Source: Amoebidium appalachense (lineage: Eukaryota; Protista; Ichthyosporea). Taken from it: a stretch of DNA of 64,000 bases. Positions within the stretch are counted from its first letter, which is position 1. Each line of letters starts with the position of its first letter. Location of the stretch: assembly GCA_963693365.1 (NCBI GenBank), contig CAVNZM010000001.1, positions 15,176,418-15,240,417 of the forward strand, given 5' to 3'. Positions 47,719 through 64,000 of the stretch are shown one piece after another. The notes beneath the pieces are model-generated. The model ran no database searches. It saw only the letters and a program-made list of their open reading frames with translations, and was not told the origin of the DNA. Both the position numbers and the translations under genes were made by a program.

Positions 47719-47962
47719 ATATTATACACAACACCTAGGACTTCCCAATACTGTAGATCGACCAATGAGAGCCCTCGGTTAACGTTTATTGCTAGGTTTT
47801 GAATGGAGGGGAGGACTGGAGCCTCCTGCCGGCGTGGCTGGGGTAGTAGCCCTGGGCAAAGTGTGTACTTATAGTTAGGTTGTGAAGGATGGTTTAGCTT
47901 AGCTGAACTCATAGATAGCACCTTAACTAGTGTACTGTCGGTGCTGTGTGGTAGACGGTAGT

Positions 47963-47995
47963 TTCCCTAGAGGGCCTGAAAAGGCCCTCCGGGAA
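47963..47995 (+). other. LINE 3' terminal stem-loop
   Basis: GAGGGCCT-GAAA-AGGCCCTC (47970-47989) with lower stem TTCCC/GGGAA, just before the A-rich tail. Confidence 0.7.
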
Positions 47996-48139
47996 CAAAA
48001 CGTGATAAAATAAAAAAAAAAATAAAAAAATAAAAAAAAAACCAGTAAACCCCATGTGTGTTTTTGCAGGTGTGGTGTCACATGTACAGTGCCGGAATGT
48101 GTCTACGTGTCCCTAATTAATAATATAATAGTGTCTGTG

Positions 48140-48142
48140 TTG

Positions 48143-48177
<35 letters not shown>

Positions 48178-48211
48178 CGTGTGCCTGTGTTTGTGACGTG
48201 TGTGACGTGGG

Positions 48212-48242
<31 letters not shown>

Positions 48243-48252
48243 ATGCGTGGGT

Positions 48253-48300
<48 letters not shown>

Positions 48301-48321
48301 TGTGTGTGTGTGTGTGTGTTT

Positions 48322-48362
<41 letters not shown>

Positions 48363-48523
48363 CTTCGTGCTTGCGCGCGTACGCGCGCGCGACTCTCAAT
48401 TGTGTGCGTGTGTGTTTGTGTGTGCGTGTATGTGTGTCTTTACATGTGTGTGTACATTTGTGCGTGCGTGTGTGCGTGCGTGTGTGTGTGTGTGTGTATG
48501 TGTGTGTGTGTGTGTGCGCGCGC

Positions 48524-48597
<74 letters not shown>

Positions 48598-48683
48598 CGT
48601 GTGTGTGTGTGTGTTCCATGTGTGTGCTTGTGTGTGTCACTGTGTGCGTGTGTATATACACGTGTGTGCGTGCGTGTATGTAC

Positions 48684-48732
<49 letters not shown>

Positions 48733-48945
48733 TGTGTGTGTGCTACGGGCATGTGCCACGTACATTCACACGCCTGCATGTGTACATGTGTGTGTGAGTG
48801 TGTGTGCGTGCATGCGTGTACATGTGTCACGGTATGTGTGTGTGCATGTGTGCATGTGCGTGCTTGCACGTGCGTGTGTCTGTGTCTGTGTCGGCTTTGT
48901 GCGTACATGTACGTGCGTGCGTGTGCGCGCGTGTGTGTGTTTGTT
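48140..48945. repeat. Long degenerate (TG)n microsatellite
   Basis: Directly visible. Confidence 0.9.
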
Positions 48946-49002
48946 GGTGCCACGCGGCATGCGCGGTTCATACATGTATATCTGGCTGTGCACAAAACAA
49001 TC

Positions 49003-49741
49003 CAGGCGCACACGGTCAATCAATGATAAGTCGACCGCCGATCTGAGCCACTTTTGTGGCTCGAATGTGGGGTTTGCGTAAGTGCGCTATTTATAGCGCA
49101 ACACGCACGAACACAAAAAACAAACACAGCAGGCGTGTTCCTCACTTCACGGTGGTCACGTAGACACCAAGATTGTGTAGGGTTTTGGAAATTACCATAG
49201 CGCATTAGCGCTTGGAAAGTAGCGCACGTGACTGCAAAACAGATTTTTCTAGCATATTCTCCATTAATATACACGGTACATGGACTAGAACGTGCGCAGC
49301 ACCCCCAAAGGCGTATTGTAAAACAAAGAAAATAGTGTTGGCATGCGAGTGACAAAATTTAAAGGCTTTTTGTTGCGTTTTTATCGAGTTCACTATGTAG
49401 CGTTTTCAAGGGGTTCATCCTCTTCCGGCGGAATCCGGGCCGAATTCGATCTGGAAAATGGCCGATCGCGAAGAATGCGAAAAAACCACGATGCCCCTTG
49501 TTGGTTGGCAAGTGCTGGCACCCTCTTTTCTTATACCAATCACCTTGGTCCAGGGACGAAAAAGACAGAAAACTTCAGCAGCTAATTGGGCGTACCAAGA
49601 AAGCGCGCGCGACTCTCGACCACTAAGCTGTAGGGGTGGTCGTCCGAAACGAGCCACTTTTGTGGCTATTTCGACTGAAATGAGCCACTCAGTGATGTGG
49701 CTCGCGGTCGACTTGTCACGATTGGATGTTGAGCAGGCCTA
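49003..49741. mobile_element. Degenerate MITE/DNA-transposon remnant
   Basis: Inverted repeats CAATCAATGATAAGTCGACCGC (~49017) and GCGGTCGACTTGTCACGATTG (~49704); subterminal GAGCCAC..GTGGCT hairpins at both ends; no TSD found. Confidence 0.5.
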
Positions 49742-50565
49742 GCTATGGCCTACTAGCTTATTTGTAGGCAGCGGGAACTTTGAAGGGAAGGCGTGTGTAC
49801 GGATGTAGCCTACCCGGCTGAAAGACCAGAAAAGATTACGGTTTGGATGCATTTTGTTACACACCCGGAAAATTATATTCGTAATAATTGAGAAGAGAAA
49901 ACATGAAAAACACTTCCGTCTCCACAGGGAACAAAGAACGCGGCAAGGGTGCCATGGTGAGCAGACTCAGCAGAGGCGGCAAAGTTACGTAATCACCAGC
50001 CCACCAATCAGCATATTTTGAACCACATTTCGATCAATTATTTGTTTTATGTTGTTTGTCTATTTGCCTCCGACCTTGTAGCTGCCCTGACACGTACTGA
50101 CGGTGTCACGCGCCATCTCGGCTCGTCGACGGCGATTTTTCCTTCCTTCTTCGCAGCCCGCAGCCGTTTTTCTTCGCAGCCTTCCTTCTTCGCAGCAGTC
50201 ACTTCGCGTACACAGATAAGCATTGTCATTACTAGCGAGACATTTCTGCTGAGGTAGGAAGGAAAATTAGGCACCACCTCAGTAGGTGGTAGATTCCTGC
50301 CTATTGTCTTTTCAACGGGAGTTTTCTTCATATGCATGGTTATGGTTCTCCTACGCCCAATTTTCATTTCTTTCCATACGAATTTTCGTGGCATCATAAG
50401 AGCACCCGAATTGCTCTAATAGATCTTGGCTAGTGCCTCGCCAGTGTTTTTCTCGAGTCGTCTTGATCTACTCAGTACTCACTAATCTCAGCTGGTGTTA
50501 AAACATACCACACAGAGCACAGACATAATCAAAACAGGTCTTTCTTATTCGTTTCAATAAAAACG

Positions 50566-60037
<9,472 letters not shown>

Positions 60038-61028
60038 GGAAAAGGGAATCAGTGGGGGTTTGGGCAGGAGTAGTAGGGTGGGATGTGGTGAGAGGGCGCT
60101 TTTGAGGTTGTTGGGGGGAGGCCCGGGAGGCCTGGAAGGCCCGGGAGGGGGGAGGGGGGCAGGGGGAGGGGGATTGGAAACTGGGTTAAGGAGTTGGCAG
60201 CAATCAGCTTGGGAGATTGAGGTGAAAGGGCTCACCCGGGGAAGGGGGGTGGGGGTTGGGGTGGGGAGGGGAGGTGTTGAGTTTGTGGGGTGTTTGTGGG
60301 TGGGGAGGGAGGGGGGGGGGGGGGGTGGAGAAGGGGGGAGGAGGGGGGGGGGGGGGGGGGGGGGGGGAGGGGGGGAGGGGGGATGGAGCAGCACATTCTT
60401 TTAACCAGCTACTTCGTGTCATGGATCTTTGGTTGATTGGAGCAGATGTGTGCACGCTAGTCTGCGCTACACAGTTTTTGCACATAATATCTGGCAAGGG
60501 CATGATAATGTTCTCAGCAATATCAGCGAAGAAGTGCTGCCCTTTGCATCCCGAACAATTGGCAGGTTTTGGGATAATTAACTTACTAATAGCTACTAGC
60601 ACTGTAAAATAGTACTATTTAGCATTTTTGTAGACAACGCTTTAGTTATTTTATGTGGCTGCGCAGTTGGTTAGATAATGCGCCTAGTTAGGATCACATA
60701 ATTAAATACCCCCGGTATGCGGTAGAAAACTGTTGGAAACGATATATCTCTCTGCATTGCACAGGCTGTTGATGGCCTCAAAAAACGACCCTCCCTATCA
60801 GCCCCTCCGGTTTGCATTTGGCCGGGAGAAAAAGGAGTCACCTGATCGTCCTTTTACGTGTTGTACCATGTACATGTAGTTTGTACTATGCGTTTGGAAT
60901 TGGACTCATGAGTGGGTGTCACAGTGGGAGATCTGGGGGAGGGGGGGAGGAGAGGGTGGTGGAGGTGTCGGTGGCGGGAAGGTTATGGGGTAAGGTTGGG
61001 TGGGTCGGAGGGTGTTGGGGGGGGTACA

Positions 61029-61067
<39 letters not shown>

Positions 61068-61720
61068 AGGGGGGGGGGGGGGGGAGTGCACATAACTTGC
61101 AGGCATTTACGAACCTGCCAGTTGAAAACGTTTTCCGGCAAAATATGCCACATCCTTCATCGAATTTGTCTCCTCACACGACAAGTTCGACTTGCATATA
61201 TGTATATAGATTTTCTCTCTTTGAAAATCTAGAAGTGCTGCTTCCCCCACATTTGTAAAGGGGCCAAATATCGAGAGGGTTTGCCAGAGTACTGTATGAC
61301 CAACTTGAAACTAGCCCATTAGGATGGTTAACACATACCAAACGACTGCAAACCACCTACTTATTGCGCTGGGACCGGGAGAAAAAAAAAAGAGAGAGAG
61401 AAAAAAAGAGAAAAAAAAACAAGAAAAGAAAAAGGAAATATAAGAGAAAGTACGGAAGTCCTCTGTCAGGGAATTTTGTCGATGTAAGATTCGTGTAGCT
61501 ACTCTGCGATACATCCTTACATATTAACCCTACCTCGTCCCTCTCACACCATAACTCTGCTTCTCCTCTCGACAACCTCAGCCCTAGCAAAATTTCCAAC
61601 TCCAACTTCATGCATGCTACCACGCAAGAGGAAAAATAAACCCGAAGGGTACAAAACCCAGCTAAGAAAAAAGCATGGAAAAAAACTATAAGGTGAGGGG
61701 AAAAAAAAAAAAAAAAAAAA

Positions 61721-61889
61721 TCACCTCCACTCGAGTGCCTTCTTTCCGTTGTACACCCCAGCCCCCACGGCAGCCAAAGCCACCACCCCCGCAGGGAAAA
61801 CCTTCCCACTGGCAATGGCACGACGACTCATGGCTGCCGCAAGCACAACAGACGTGGCTGTGTGTGTACAAGTGTACATGTGTGTATGT

Positions 61890-61920
<31 letters not shown>

Positions 61921-61946
61921 GGGGGGGGGGGGTCACGGTGTGTGTG

Positions 61947-61978
<32 letters not shown>

Positions 61979-61981
61979 TGC

Positions 61982-62057
<76 letters not shown>

Positions 62058-62288
62058 AAATGTGTGTGTGTGCCCGTGCGCCCGTGCGTGTGTGTGCGTG
62101 TGCGTGTGCGTGTGAATGTGCCCGTGTGCCTGTGTGCCTGTGTGTGTGTGTCTGTATGTCGTGGTGGTGGTGGGGGGGGGGGGGGGGGGGGTAATCGATA
62201 AGCATGTGTGTGAAGCCAGGGGGAGGGGGTGGGGAGAAAGGGGGGAAGTGTAAGATTGTAATTGCCTGATTGAATAAATGGGGTCAGT

Positions 62289-62329
<41 letters not shown>

Positions 62330-62350
62330 TGTATGCATGCACGCGGGAGT

Positions 62351-62386
<36 letters not shown>

Positions 62387-62621
62387 GCTAGGTATATAAA
62401 ACGGAAGAGAACACATGTATTGTGTGGGAGCAAGTACCATACAGGTGGCTGTGTGTGTGCCCCCGGGGGGGGAAGGGGGGGAGGGGGAGGGGGGGGGGGG
62501 GGGGGGGGGGAGGGGGGGGGGGGGGGGGGGGTGGGGCTAGGCGGGCTGTCGTGTAAGGGGGGTTCGTAGCCTGTGTGTGTGTGGGGGGGGGGGGGGGGGG
62601 GGGGGGGGGGCATTTCCGTGT

Positions 62622-62664
<43 letters not shown>

Positions 62665-62688
62665 TGTGTGTGCGTGTGTGTTTGTGTC

Positions 62689-62738
<50 letters not shown>

Positions 62739-62939
62739 AATCACGAGTGTAATATTGGGAATGGGTGAATGGGGAATGGTGCGCAGAGGGGGAAGGGGAG
62801 GGGGGGGGGGGGGGGGGGGTTGGGGGGAGATGGTGGGATACATGTACAGAATTGAAAGTATTAGAATGTGTGGCTCGGTGTAGGGGTGGGGTAGTGGGTG
62901 TGTGGGTGAGTGGGGAGCTGCAGAGGGTGGGTACGGGGA

Positions 62940-62975
<36 letters not shown>

Positions 62976-63732
62976 CTGTTGCTGATGTGAGTATGCTGTC
63001 TGTGGAGAATTCAGTGTGGGGAGGAGCGTTGGGGGTAGAGGGGGGAAGGCAGAGGGGGGGGGGGGGGGGAGGAGGGGGAGGGGGGGGGCGGGGGGAGGGG
63101 GAGGGGGAGGGGGGGGGGGGGAGGGGGGGAGGGGAAGGGGCCGGGGAGGGGGGGGGGGGGGGGGAGGGGGGGGGGGGCTGTTGGTATTCGTGCATAGTGG
63201 GCACGACACAGGGGGATTGAAGAATGAAACGCGGATAATTCGTTTTGTTCCAGTGTTGATGCCCAAGTTCGAATGTATTTAATACTTTGTAATTGCCTGG
63301 TGCTGCAGATATATGTGATTTCTCCTTCCCTTCTTCCCCCTTCCCCCCCCCACCCCCTCTCTCCCCAAATCGTCCTGCCCGCTAAATAATCCCTCAAGTT
63401 ATTTTGCCCTGAAATTTTTCACCCCTTCGCCTTGAGTGGCCATCTCTCTCTCCCCCATCTCCCCCCTGCACCACCACCTCCTTGTCCCTAAATCACCCCC
63501 CCCCCCCCCCCCCCTCCCTCCCCTCCCCCCCCCCCCCCCCCCCCCCTTCCCTTCCTCTCCGTCCTGCTTACAACAACGCTATAGTTACACAAAACACACC
63601 CACCTGTGCCCAGTTCGAACCCTGTCTTCGGGTTTTCGCCAATCAAAAATGCCGAATAGCCGTAGAGGGCAGCAGAGCCGATACCGGCAAGGAGGGAGGG
63701 CATGGAGCGCTTAGCTGCAAAGCCGGCAATGC
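61721..63732 (-). CDS. TMEM14: TMEM14-family small membrane protein (last two exons; 5' exon beyond window)
   Basis: Exons 63732-63604 and 61857-61721, phase-consistent: [31 protein letters not shown]...[27 protein letters not shown]...W R*. The SxPSLxAG and SGKxxPAG motifs are typical of the family. Confidence 0.85.
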
Positions 63733-63847
63733 CTATGCAAAGAAACAACATAACACGGGGTCAATTATCTTTCAGAGTAAGCAAGATGTTGGGGAGGGAG
63801 AGGGTGGGGAGGGGCGCCGGGGGGGGGCGTGGGGGGGTGGGGGGGGT

Positions 63848-63985
63848 TGAATGCCGAACACGGTACGAAGTACGCATACACGACGAGAAGCATGGTGCAG
63901 GACACATGCAAAGGCAAACATTCAAGTATGCAACATCAGCCATGCTCACAATATGCGTCATAGCAGAGCCCATCCTCAGGGAGGG
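63848..63985 (-). repeat. Dispersed intronic repeat family copy
   Basis: Reverse complement reads CCTGAGGATGGGCTCTGCT...TGTTTGCCTTTGCATGTG...TACTTCGTACCGTGTTCGGCATTCAACCCC. Confidence 0.75.
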
Positions 63986-64000
63986 CCCAAGTCATCAATT

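Larger units (their letters stand above)
29096..48041 (+). mobile_element. Full-length non-LTR retrotransposon (LINE, APE-RT-RNaseH type), interrupted by a copia element
   Basis: 13-bp TSD CCAGTAAACCCCA at 29083-29095 and 48042-48054; A-rich tail ~48004-48041; ORF1 and ORF2 domains as listed below. Confidence 0.93.

Noticed and set aside
63761-63973. First exon of TMEM14 (MADVAYLNVCL)
   Set aside because: The sequence is a copy of the dispersed intronic repeat; the real 5' exon is probably beyond the window.

Overview
Eukaryotic genomic window with small exons separated by introns rich in (CA)n/(GT)n, (CT)n and poly-G/poly-C. Several frameshifts fall in homopolymers, which suggests long-read indel errors. 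Contents, left to right: (1) the 3' part of a Claspin/Mrc1-like replication-checkpoint gene (+, 600-22338, about 28 exons); (2) a microsatellite-poor island with a 12-bp satellite interrupted by a fold-back MITE, followed by an intronless orphan ORF with a TATA box and a zipper-less bZIP-like basic region (25662-27176); (3) a full-length but decayed non-LTR retrotransposon (29096-48041, 13-bp TSD, about 13 kb net) with ORF1 zinc knuckles and APE-RT-RNaseH-Zn domains, whose ORF2 carries about 15 in-frame copies of a 72-aa Gln/Pro-rich repeat between APE and RT; (4) a young Ty1/copia element nested in that LINE (41590-47466, minus strand, 765-bp LTRs, 5-bp TSD, half-tRNA PBS); (5) a complete 8-exon LPCAT1/2-like gene with EF-hands, one GC-AG intron and an intronic tRNA-His; (6) the 3' exons of a TMEM14-family gene (minus strand). 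The most unusual signals are the giant repeat-expanded LINE ORF2, a short repeat family seen only in introns in the sense orientation and ending at poly-C, and splice acceptors sitting directly on (CA)n tracts. All calls come from reading the sequence by eye; no searches were run.
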